Shown: piece after piece, positions 1-9,179 of the stretch
Layout: every line of letters starts with the position of its first letter
Numbering within the stretch: position 1 is the first letter of the stretch
Source of the DNA: an uncultured Spirochaetota bacterium
GTDB lineage: Bacteria > Spirochaetota > Spirochaetia > SZUA-6 > Fen-1364
Length of the DNA: 64,000 nt
Direction of reading: 5' to 3'
NCBI GenBank assembly: GCA_963820435.1
Contig: CAWGAC010000022.1
Coordinates: 44,050-108,049, forward strand
Translations under genes and position numbers: made by a program
Notes under the pieces: generated by a model
What the model was told of the DNA's origin: nothing
What the model saw: the letters and a program-made list of their open reading frames with translations, nothing else
The model's database searches: none

Positions 1-641
1 GCAACTCCATCGATATCCAGTCCACCATTGCCGGCGCCACGGCCAACGGGTGGGAGATCGAGCTGGTGCCCGGGCTGGATGGCAACTCGCACTACCGCGC
101 CGATCCGTACCTGAACAATGGCGTCGCACTGGCGGCCAATACGAAGAACGCCGCCCGGACGCTCCAGGTGCTGGACAGGATCATCGAGGACAAGTCCTAC
201 AATTTCCTCGTTTATTTCGGGGTGGAAGGCAAGAACTATGTGCTGAAGAACAACATGATCGCTCTGCCTGAAGGGCTGACTGCGGACAAAAACACTTATC
301 CCCCCGACGCGGCGGGGTTCTGGTTCACCAACAAGGACCAGTTCCCGCCGTTCGCAACCTGGACTCCGGCCTATGTCCAGCATCGCAAGGACATCGTGGG
401 GAAGGGATTCCTGGTCCCGACTCCGATGGTCGCCTTCTCGGCGACCACCGACGAGGTGAAAACCGAAGTCGCGAACGCCAACCAGACCATGGTCCAGTAC
501 CTGCAGCCGCTGTGGATCGGGATCAGCGACAACATTGACGCTTCCTTTGCAACTCTTGACCAGAAACTGAAAGCCGCGGGCGTGGAAAAGCTCCGCCAGA
601 CATTCCAGTCCCAGGTCGACGAATACATGAAGCGATTCTAG
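1..641 (+). CDS. ABC-transporter extracellular solute-binding protein, C-terminal fragment (5' end outside window)
   Basis: Frame of ORF 66..641 stays open to the window edge. The tail ...FWFTNKDQFPPF...MVQYLQPLWIG...VDEYMKRF resembles large family-1 sugar-binding lipoproteins. Stop TAG at 639-641. Confidence 0.6.
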   Translation, partial: NSIDIQSTIAGATANGWEIELVPGLDGNSHYRADPYLNNGVALAANTKNAARTLQVLDRIIEDKSYNFLVYFGVEGKNYVLKNNMIALPEGLTADKNTYPPDAAGFWFTNKDQFPPFATWTPAYVQHRKDIVGKGFLVPTPMVAFSATTDEVKTEVANANQTMVQYLQPLWIGISDNIDASFATLDQKLKAAGVEKLRQTFQSQVDEYMKRF

Positions 642-655
642 GCATTTCTCTGCAC

Positions 656-683
656 GGGTACCGGCGGCGCGCCGCCGGTGCCC
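656..683. terminator. GC-rich palindrome between convergent genes (putative bidirectional terminator / REP-like hairpin)
   Basis: Perfect 20-nt palindrome accggcggcgcgccgccggt at 660-679, extended by gggt/gccc. It sits between stop 641 (+) and stop 687 (-). There is no T-tract. Confidence 0.4.
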
Positions 684-686
684 GCT

Positions 687-3600
687 CTAGAATTTCCAGC
701 CGCGTTCCAGATCGCGCAGAATCTCGCGAGCCCCCGGATGGGACGGCTCCTCCGCGCGCACGGTCTCAAGGAGCGTGCGCGCCCTGGCGTCCAGAGCGCG
801 CACGTCGGCTGCCATGACACCCGCCTCATCCTGCCGCTCCCCCGCGACGGCCAGTCCCAGCAGGCCGAGCCCCATGAGATATCCGCAGAATACTTTGTTT
901 CTTCGGGAGAGGTCGTCCTCGAAGATCAGAAAGTCCGGCAGGGAGACCGCGAAGTAGTCTATGCTCACCGCGCGGTCGCGATGGCCTTCACCGTAGTCCA
1001 CGAGCCGATTGAAGCATCCGCGCGCCTCCGCGGCCCTGCCGAGCCGCGCATACGCAAGCCCCTGAAAGAAGTGCATATCCGCCGGCGGGTCGTTGTAGGA
1101 CATCGAAAGAGAAGGCTCGCCGTCTCCTCGCGCCGCTCGCTCAAAGGCCGCCGCCGCCCTTTCACCGAGTCCCTGTCCGGCGAGGGCGCAGCCGAGATAG
1201 TAGAAGACGTCGTTCTCCCGCGCCCCGAAGAGCTTCCCTTCGCCGAGGCTTTCGGGATAGCTCAGCGCGCGGTCGGCATGGGACGCGGCCATGGAATACT
1301 CGCCTTTCATGTACGCACATTTGGACAGACCGAGCAGCGAGGTGACGTACTGCCGCGTCACTTTCCCTTCGCCGCCCTCCCAGGGATGGAACTTCCTGCC
1401 CAGGAGGAGCTGGAGGGCGAGGGCATTGTCGCCGCGCAGATTGAGAAGGCCGATGAGCTCGAGGAAAAGATCGTCCCGCCGGTCTACGAGACCCTGATGC
1501 TTCCTGAGCAGGGCGAGCCGATCCTCGGGTTGGGCACCCAGGCGCTTTCGCAGCTGATCCAGCTCGAGGAGCAGCCGCGCGTCCGAGGGGTCGAGAAGGA
1601 ACGCTGCTTCGAGCTCCCGCAGCGCGCGGTCGGGATTGCCCAGCTTGTTGAAGGCCGCGAGGGCGAGGTTCCTGCGCACGGTCGGAAATCGCCCGTCGAT
1701 CGATTCTGAACGCTCCCACGCGGCGACCGCCTTGTCGGTCACCCGGTAGTGGTAGTAGAGATTGCCCAGGTAATAGAAGGAACGAGCCCCTTCCGGACAG
1801 AGCATTCCCGCCTTCATTAATATCGGGATCGCTTCGAGCTGGTTCGGAAAGCACGTCCCCGGCGGCGCGGCGTCGGCCTGTCGGATGCGGATGACCGCCT
1901 GCTCACGCAATCCGAGGCATTCCGCAAAATAGCCAAGGCAGTAATGCACGAGGGGAGATACGGGTCCGGGGTCGCGATCGAGCATCGCCTCCAACGCCTG
2001 GGTAGCCTCCTCGTAGAGGCCGTTGTGGGCATACTCCAGGGCAAGCTCAAGTGACCGGTCGACACGGTTTCCCATGAGACCGCGCGTGCGGGCCTCATCT
2101 GAGGCTGCCCCGAGCAGGATTCGTTCATTCATGGCGGTAAAGTTGAGGGGATCGTCATCCAGGGCTGTCTGGATCTCCGCGAGGGCCTCGTCGGTCCTGC
2201 CCAGCTTCCGAAGCGTCATCACGCGGAGCATTCTCGCCGTCTGGCTGCGCGGGTTCGCGGCCAGCGATTCCTCGGCATGGGCCAGGGCCTGCGCATGGTC
2301 GCGGTGCTTCAGGGCAAGTCGGGCCAGGCCCGCACAGGCTGCTCCCCGATGCCTGCCGTTCCACGCGGCCTTGTGATAGGCATCCCGCGCCTCGTCATCT
2401 TTTCCTTGAAGCTCCAGGGCGTACCCGAGAAACAGCAGCGGCTCCCCATCGTAGGGATTTGCGTTACGCCACGTGAGCCGCTGGACGGCACGCCGGAAGT
2501 AGCCTTCGCTCTGCGCAAAGCCTCCCCGGCGCAGAAACAGAAGCCCCATTGCGCAATTGCACCGCGCATCCCCCGGATCCCGCCGCAGCGCTTCAGCGTA
2601 ATAGTCTTCAGGGTGGAACGTCGCGTGGCGGTACTGCTCGAGGTGCAGCCCGAGAAGATAGAGCTCCTCCTGGCTGCGGATCTCCGCAGGCGGGAGAGCC
2701 GGCTTGGCCGGCTCCGGCACCGGCCGCGCAGGTTTTTCTGCCGCGTGATACGCGAGACTCATCTCCCCGTCGGTAGAGCTGATTGAAAGCGTCATTTCAT
2801 CGATTGTCGCACCCGGGGGCAAAGGGAAGCGCGCCGAATAGGGAAGTTCGGGGGCGATGGTGACCGTCTGATCGAGCGCGACGGCACCGGGCTTCCCGCA
2901 GATGACCCTGTAGATCCGGTGCGCCGTTGAGTACACGCCCACAACGACCTGGCCGTCCGCGATATCCATGGCGATTGCGGCGTCCCGTGACGCATTCTTC
3001 ACCGGCCCTATGGCGGCATACGGGAGAAAGAATTGGGTGAAGCGCTTCTCTTCCCCCGGCTCGAGCCACGAAAAATCGGGTTGATTGTCCGTGAATACGC
3101 CGGCCATGAGCTCGATGTAAGGCCCGTCCTCATCTGTGAGATTGCGATCCCAGCTCCTGCCGAACTCACCGCTCCCCCATGTCCACTGCTTTTTTCCCGG
3201 CGAGACGTGATGGTCCGCCACGTGGAGAATCCCCGCGCGGCGGCCGTGGTCGTAGCCGCCGAGAAAGTCATAGTCGGAGTGGTACGCCATGTACGATGTC
3301 GGCACCGGGATATTGCGGTACCAGGAGATGTCCACTCCCGCGCTGTAGTCGACCTTGTAGTATGTCCCCGTCGCGATCGGAAAACGTGACACATCCCTTT
3401 GACCATGGTCGAGAACCGCGCGCACGTCCGGTGGAAAGACCGATTGATACTGGTCGTTCACGGACACGGCTGCGTTCGCCCACCAGAGAAAGCTCTGGGG
3501 AAGCGCCGTCCGATTGAAGAGTCTGCCCTCGACCTGGAGATAAGCGCGCCGGGGATGCAGGGTGAGGCCGGCAAGGCCCCGGGTGCGATGCATGCGGTCT

Positions 3601-4061
3601 ATTTCACCGAGCCAGAGCGTGACCGACCCATCCGGGTTATTCACCATCAGGTAGTCCACCGGGGTAAATGTGCTCGGCCGGTGGTGCTGAGGCCAGTTGA
3701 ACTCGATGCCCCCGGAAATCCACGGCCCTGCCAGACCGACGAGCGCCGGCTTGATGACCTTGTTGTAGTAGATGAAATGATAGTCGAGGTGCTTGGCGTA
3801 GGCCATCTGGATCCGCCCTCCCAGCTCGGGCAGAACCATGATTCTGAGGTAATCATTTTCCAGGAAGACGGCGCGATACGTCTTATCGATCTTCTGGTCT
3901 GAAACCCGGTCGATTACGGCAAAGGGATAGACGTCGCCCGATGAGCCCTGGTACACCCGCTTCTCCAGGAACATCGGGTTGTGGTCAGGCTCCCCTACCG
4001 GGTAGGTGGGAATGATCAGTTCCTCGTCCCAGAGAACGGCGGTGCCATCTTCGAATCTCAT
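687..4061 (-). CDS. DUF5107-like domain protein with C-terminal TPR repeats (~1124 aa)
   Basis: ORF 687..4292. Start placed at ATG 4061, preceded by GGAGGA. N-terminal part (...GGIEFNWPQHHRP...HVSPGKKQWTWG...FTDNQPDFSW...) is DUF5107-like. The C-terminal ~650 aa is made of TPR-like helical repeats. The frame is intact over 3.4 kb. Confidence 0.7.
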   Translation of the reverse strand: MRFEDGTAVLWDEELIIPTYPVGEPDHNPMFLEKRVYQGSSGDVYPFAVIDRVSDQKIDKTYRAVFLENDYLRIMVLPELGGRIQMAYAKHLDYHFIYYNKVIKPALVGLAGPWISGGIEFNWPQHHRPSTFTPVDYLMVNNPDGSVTLWLGEIDRMHRTRGLAGLTLHPRRAYLQVEGRLFNRTALPQSFLWWANAAVSVNDQYQSVFPPDVRAVLDHGQRDVSRFPIATGTYYKVDYSAGVDISWYRNIPVPTSYMAYHSDYDFLGGYDHGRRAGILHVADHHVSPGKKQWTWGSGEFGRSWDRNLTDEDGPYIELMAGVFTDNQPDFSWLEPGEEKRFTQFFLPYAAIGPVKNASRDAAIAMDIADGQVVVGVYSTAHRIYRVICGKPGAVALDQTVTIAPELPYSARFPLPPGATIDEMTLSISSTDGEMSLAYHAAEKPARPVPEPAKPALPPAEIRSQEELYLLGLHLEQYRHATFHPEDYYAEALRRDPGDARCNCAMGLLFLRRGGFAQSEGYFRRAVQRLTWRNANPYDGEPLLFLGYALELQGKDDEARDAYHKAAWNGRHRGAACAGLARLALKHRDHAQALAHAEESLAANPRSQTARMLRVMTLRKLGRTDEALAEIQTALDDDPLNFTAMNERILLGAASDEARTRGLMGNRVDRSLELALEYAHNGLYEEATQALEAMLDRDPGPVSPLVHYCLGYFAECLGLREQAVIRIRQADAAPPGTCFPNQLEAIPILMKAGMLCPEGARSFYYLGNLYYHYRVTDKAVAAWERSESIDGRFPTVRRNLALAAFNKLGNPDRALRELEAAFLLDPSDARLLLELDQLRKRLGAQPEDRLALLRKHQGLVDRRDDLFLELIGLLNLRGDNALALQLLLGRKFHPWEGGEGKVTRQYVTSLLGLSKCAYMKGEYSMAASHADRALSYPESLGEGKLFGARENDVFYYLGCALAGQGLGERAAAAFERAARGDGEPSLSMSYNDPPADMHFFQGLAYARLGRAAEARGCFNRLVDYGEGHRDRAVSIDYFAVSLPDFLIFEDDLSRRNKVFCGYLMGLGLLGLAVAGERQDEAGVMAADVRALDARARTLLETVRAEEPSHPGAREILRDLERGWKF

Positions 4062-4208
4062 GCGTCCTCCTTGCACACATAATAATATCGCGCGGTGTGT
4101 CAGGGGGGAATCCAGAACGCTCCAGGACGCCGGAGCTTCGCCGTGGAGATTATTCAGAACGATTTTCGACGCCGGCGCCGGCCCGCCGCAGCTTCCCGCA
4201 TTTTTCTC

Positions 4209-4237
4209 TTGACAGGCTGCGCTTCTCTTGATATTCT
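4209..4237 (+). promoter_or_regulatory. sigma70-like promoter (TTGACA-17 nt-TATTCT) on the strand opposite to both flanking genes
   Basis: TTGACA at 4209-4214, 17-nt spacer, TATTCT at 4232-4237, T-rich upstream. Located in a 524-bp intergenic region. Confidence 0.3.
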
Positions 4238-4475
4238 CTCCACGATTTGGCTGTCTGGTCGCCGGCTCTCTGGTCCATGCGTCGCGCAACATGTGTGCGG
4301 CGCTGACGGGGATGGCAGTGGAACAGGGGTTTCCTGCCGTCCCTCCAGAGAACCGGCTTTTTTTTGCAGATCATCCGACCGCGGACGGAAATAAGAGTCT
4401 TGCGCAAGCAAGGAAAGGAGGTGCGGAGTGAAGAACGAGAACGAAATGCCTGACCAGAGGTGGTCGGGCGTCTAA

Positions 4476-4502
4476 AGACACGAGGGCTCTGCCCTCGTGT
4501 CT
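4476..4502 (-). terminator. Strong hairpin downstream of the ABC importer operon
   Basis: agacacgagggc-tct-gccctcgtgtct: 12-bp perfect stem with a 3-nt loop, 84 nt after the permease stop (4586). On the minus strand it is followed only by TTTAG. Confidence 0.45.
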
Positions 4503-4585
4503 GGACAGTCCAAATCGTGGCCGTCCCCGCCGCGGTACCCCGCGGATTAGAGGGCGGCCACACTTTTTCGCCGCGATATCCCTTG

Positions 4586-5435
4586 CTATTCCTTGATGCC
4601 GCCCGATGTCATTCCCATGACGATGTACTTCTGAAATATGACCGCGATCAGGACAGGCGGGAGCGAGGCGATCACGCCTCCCATGGCGATCATCTCGTAG
4701 TCCACGTAATGCTTGCCGCTGAACTCGGCGATCGCCACGGGGATGGTCTTGGCGGCGAGAGTCGAGGTGAAGACGAGGGCAAAGAAGAACTCATCCCACG
4801 CGATCAGGAACGAAAGGATCGCGGTGGCGATGATCCCCGGCCGCGCCATGGGCACGTAGATGTGCCAGAGAACCTGCAGGCGGCTGCACCCCTCGATGGA
4901 AGCCGCCTCCTCGTATGTCCTGCTGAGGGACCCGAAGTAGCTCTGCATCACCCAGATCACGAACGGCAGGGACATGGTGAGATACAGCAGGATGAGGGTG
5001 GGCTGGGAGTTGAGCATGCCCAGCCTGCTGAGCAGCAGGTACAGAGGCATGACGACGACGACGGACGGCACCATGTACGTGAAGAGGATCAGGTACAGGA
5101 TCTTGCCCTTGAACGCGAATCGCAGCCGCGCAAACGCGTAGGAGGCGAGGGAGCCGAGGACCAGGGAGATAATCGTCGCCGCGCCGGCAACGATGAGGCT
5201 GTTGCCCATGGCGACCTTGAACGCGTACGCGATGTCATTGTCCGGGTTGGCAACAACGTCCCCGTACCTCTGGAAGGTGACCTCCGGCGGGATGAGGCGC
5301 AGCGGGCACCGAAATGATGTTGCGATGGATGGAAATCGAGGTGATCAACATCCATGCAATCGGCGCCATGGTGAACACGAGCACGAGGAAGCCGGAGAAG
5401 TACTGCACCGCGGGGAAGACGCGCTTCGTGGTCAT
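4586..5435 (-). pseudogene. Carbohydrate ABC transporter permease (MalG type), reading frame broken once
   Basis: N-terminal 42 aa (MTTKRVFPAVQYFSGFLVLVFTMAPIAWMLITSISIHRNIIS) are in the frame of ORF 5235..5435. The rest (..LRLIPPEVTFQRYGDVV..EAASIEGCSRLQVLWHIYVPMARPG..) is in the frame of ORF 4586..5209. Junction at about 5300-5306. The ATG overlaps the upstream stop (ATGA). Confidence 0.75.
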
Positions 5436-6331
5436 GATCCCCCGCCTCCCTGCGCTTCATGCTCCTGACGTACAGGACCGTGAAGACGAGCACGATAATG
5501 GCGATCAGGTAGGACACCGTGGAGGAGATCGAGTACTGGAGGTTGGCAAACGCCTTCAGGTAGGCCTCGTAGACGAGGACCTTGGTGCCGTTCGCCGGTC
5601 CTCCCCGGGTCATGACGTAGAAGATGTCGAAGGCCTTGAACTTCTCCACCGTGCGCATGACCACCACGACGGACAGCGTCGGCACCAGGTAGGGCAGGGT
5701 GATGTGCCAGAACCGCTTGAGGACGCCCGCCCCGTCCACCGTTGCCGCCTCGTAGAGCGACTTGTTGATGAACTGAAGGGCGGCAAGGAAGAAGATGATG
5801 GCGAAAGGGCGTCATCTTCCACACGTCGGCCACGATCACCATGTTCATGGCCAGGAACGGGTCGCTCAGCCAGGCGCGGTATTGGCCAAGGATGTGCAGC
5901 CGGGTGAGCACCGCGTTCAGGACGCCGTATTCGGGATTGTAGATCCATTTCCAGATGCTCGCGTTCACGATGCCGGGGATGGCCCAGGGGACGATGACGA
6001 GGACGCGCAGGAAACCCGACGCCCAGGAACCGGGTATTCAGGAGGAGAGCCGCGAGCAGCCCGAGCACTGTCTCCAGCGCCACCGAGACGCCGGTGAAAT
6101 AGAGCGTCCGCGCGAGCGCCTGCCAGAACCACGCGGAGCCCAGGACCTGGACATAGTTCATAGCCCGAGGAACTTCCCGCGTTCCGCCGAGATCAGCTCC
6201 ATGTTCTTCAGGCTGTAGATGAATGTCGTGACGAGGGGGACCAGGACAACGCCGAAAATGACCACGGCGGCAGGGGCAAGGATGAGAAACGCGAACTGCT
6301 GTTCCGCAAATACCTGCCGCCGTGGGTTCAA
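5432..6331 (-). pseudogene. Carbohydrate ABC transporter permease (MalF type), about 4 frame breaks
   Basis: Family-like peptide runs through four frames: TTG 6331 ..FAFLILAPAAVVIFGVVLVPLVTTFIYSL.. | NYVQVLGSAWFWQALARTLYFTG.. | LRVLVIVPWAIPGIVNASIWKWIYNPEYGVLN..VADVWKMTPF | AIIFFLAALQFINKSLYEAATVDGAGVLKRFWHITLPY.. Breaks near 6165, 6012, 5805 and in the C5 run at 5439-5443. Confidence 0.7.
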
Positions 6332-7594
6332 CGATGCCGTCCTTTCTTTACTTTCTTTGCCGCCAGGGCCGCGGCAAAGGCTTGCTCTTCCTGCCAGCGC
6401 CTTGTCACTCGTCTTCTTGCCGCGCAGGCACGTCCTGGATCCTGGCCTGGAAGTCGGTGGAGAACTCGCTGTAGTACGGCAGCGACGGCCTGTTCACCAG
6501 GTAGTTGTACTGGTCCTTCGCGATCTTGACCACCTCGGGGCTGCTCGCAATGACGTCCTTGTCGTCATAGAGCGACTTCCAGATCGGCAGCGCGTTCTTC
6601 GGGATACTTCCTCTGGAAGTCCTTGGACGCCATGTACAGGATGTACTGCCACGCGGCCTTGTCCTGCTTGCTGCCGGCGGAGATGGACAGGGGCTGGCCG
6701 CCGTTCACCGTGGCGCTGGCCGACCTTGTCCGATCCCGGGATGAGAGCGACGCCGACGTCGTTCGACGACCTTGGACTTCGAGGGGTCCTTGGCGCCGTT
6801 GTACATGTACGTCCAGTTCAGCCCGAAGGCCGCGTCACCGTTGCTGAAGGTGGACAGTCACGTCGTCCTCCACGAACTCCAGGGAGTTCGGATTCGTGAC
6901 CCCTTCATTGAGCGTCTTCACCATGAAGTCGAGCGCTCTCTTGTTGCCGGCCGCGGTCAGGGTGGGGTTGCCGTCCTTGTCGAACATCGCGCCGCCGAAG
7001 GCCGCCGACAGCACCGTGTAGTCGCACATCAGGCGCTTCCGCCTGCGCCCAGCTCCACGCGATGGGATACTTCACGAGGTTCTTTGCCTTGATGACCTTT
7101 GCCTGGGAGAGAAGCTCGTCCCAGGTCTTCGGGGGATTGGCGAAACCGGCCGCCTGCAGGATCTTCTTGTTGTAGAAGAGGTACTTGCAGTCGTTGAGCC
7201 AGGGCATGCCCCAGCTCTTTCCCCCGTAGACCGTGGAGAGGAGGGCCCCGCCGAAGATGTCCTTCTGGTCGGCCGCTGAAAGGGCGGGAACTTCCTTGAT
7301 GATGCCGGCTTTGGCGAACTTGGCGGTGAAGGGACCGTCGCTCAACACCACGTCGTAGCTTCCGGCCTGCGCGGAGGTGATGATCTTCTCCTCGAGCTGC
7401 TCGTAAGGCACGAACGTCAGCACCACCTTGATGTTCGGGTTGGCGTTTTCGAAGTCCCGTGTGCCCGCCGTCACATCGTCCTCGCTGTAGCCGGCCTGCT
7501 TCATGAAAAGCGCATTGATCGTCGTCGGCGCACCGTACACGCCCGCCGCGACCACCAGCAGCGCGGCCAGAAATCCGAAAATCATTTTCCTCAT
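6328..7594 (-). pseudogene. Sugar ABC transporter periplasmic binding protein, about 7 frame breaks
   Basis: Signal peptide MRKMIFGFLAALLVVAAGVYG from ATG 7594 (AAGGAAGGAG upstream). Conserved segments continue in alternating frames: ..WSWAQAEA | LMCDYTVLSAAFGG.. | STFSNGDAAFGLNWTYMYNGA.. | DVGVALIPGSDKV | ASATVNGGQPLSISAGSKQDKAAWQYILYMASKDF | IPKNALPIWKSLYDD..YYSEFSTDFQARIQDV ... The stop overlaps the TTG of the next gene. Confidence 0.7.
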
Positions 7595-7640
7595 GACCAT
7601 GCTCCTTCCTTCGAGTGAGTTTTCGATCTCCTTCAGGAAT

Positions 7641-7656
7641 ACAAGAAGCATGCCCA
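7641..7656 (-). promoter_or_regulatory. Candidate sigma54 (-24/-12) promoter upstream of the importer operon
   Basis: Minus strand reads TGGGCATGCTTCTTGT. GGCA and TTG are at the consensus spacing (TGGCAC-N5-TTGC), but the -12 GC is GT. It lies about 46 nt upstream of ATG 7594. An inverted repeat GTGCAA-N16-TTGCAC at 7681-7708 sits just upstream. Confidence 0.3.
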
Positions 7657-7816
7657 CCGGCATCGAGAGGAGGGTGAACGGTGCAACAATACTTCAATTG
7701 ACTTGCACAGAAGGACTTGCAGCGATCATGGGGGAGCGCAATCCTTCGCGCGCGGGTGCGCGCAGCCCGGTCCTGTGCGGGGGGTGGGGCAATAGACTCA
7801 GGGCACTGGGTGTATC

Positions 7817-9171
7817 TCACCCAGCATTCAGCCCGTGCTTCCTGATGCGGTAACGGATCGTGTCCCTCGTAATGCCCAGCTCCCGGGCCGCGGCCGAGAT
7901 ATTCCCCTTGTGCCTGCGAAGGGCTTCGAAGAGCAGGTCTCGCTCAACCTGCTCGAGCTTGTTGTCGCCGGCCGCCGGCCGGGGCTCGCTGTCTGCCGCT
8001 TCATCTCGGGAGGAAGGCAATCCGGCTGAACGACGTCCGAGGTGGACAGCACGACTGCCCTCTCGATGATGTTGCGAAGCTCGCGCGCATTGCCCGGCCA
8101 GGCATAGCTGCAGAGTGCTTCCCGCGCTTCTTCGAGAAATCCCCGTCATCGGCTTGCCGATGGAGGCTGACAACTGCGCAAGGAAGTGCTCGGCGAGCGG
8201 CAGGATGTCCTCCCTTCGCTCGCGGAGCGGCGGAATGCGGATCGTGATCGTGTTGATCCGGTAGTAGAGATCCTCGCGGAACAGCCCTTCCCGCACCATC
8301 GCTGCCAGGTCCTTGTTCGTCGCGCAGATGATGCGCGCCTCTACCCTGATCCGGGCCGTGCTTCCCAGCGGCTCGAAGGTCTTGTCCTCGATGAAGCGCA
8401 GGAGCTTCGCCTGCGTCTTGAGCGGGATTTCGGCGATCTCGTCGAGAAAAAGGATTCCGTTGTCGGCAAGGCAGATCTTCGCCGGAGAAGTTCTGCAACC
8501 GCCCCGGTGAAGGCGCCCTTGCGGTAGCCGAACAGCTCGCTTTCGATGAGAGTGTCGGGGACCGCCGGGCAGTTGATGCTGACGAACGGCACGCTGAACC
8601 CGGTCTTCGCGCGTTCGGCGGCCAGCGTATGGAGGGCCCGCGCGATCACCTCCTTGCCCGTGCCGCTTTCCCCGAGAAGGAGCACGGCGGAAGGGGCGGC
8701 TGCCACTTTCTCCACGGTCCGCATGATCTCCTTCATCGCCTGACTCTCATACACGACGCCCTGCGCGCGGCAGCTCTCCCTCAGCAGCCGGTTTTCATTC
8801 TTCAGGTCTTCCCGCATGAGAGTGTTGCGCACGACGTGCCGGATCACGTCCTTGTTGAATGGCTTTGCGATGAAATCAGTCGCGCCCCTTTTCATGGCCT
8901 CCACGGCGTTCTCGATGGAGCCGTAGGCGGTGATCATGACGAGGGGGACGTCGCGGCCTCCCTGCTTGACGAACGCCAGCAGGTCCATCCCGCCCATTTC
9001 CGGCATCTTCAGGTCTGAGATGATCAGGTCCGGATCCGCGTTGCTCTCGATGAGCGCGATGGCCTTCGTGCCGTTGTGCGCGGTGGAGACCTCGTACCCG
9101 TCGTCTTCAAGGAGCATTTTCAGGACGCCGCAGATGTTTTCTTCGTCGTCCACGACAAGAATTCGTTTCAT
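7817..9171 (-). pseudogene. Sigma54-dependent response regulator (NtrC family: REC + AAA+ + Fis-type HTH), about 3 frame breaks
   Basis: Receiver ([20 protein letters not shown]), Walker A GESGTGKE and GAFTGA are in ORF 8341..9171. [31 protein letters not shown] is in the frame of ORF 7817..8299. FLEEAREALCSYAWPGNARELRNIIERAVVL is in a third frame. The C-terminal NISAAARELGITRDTIRYRIRKHGL is back in the 7817 frame. Breaks near 8490, 8140 and 7990. Confidence 0.8.
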
Positions 9172-9179
9172 TCTCTCTC

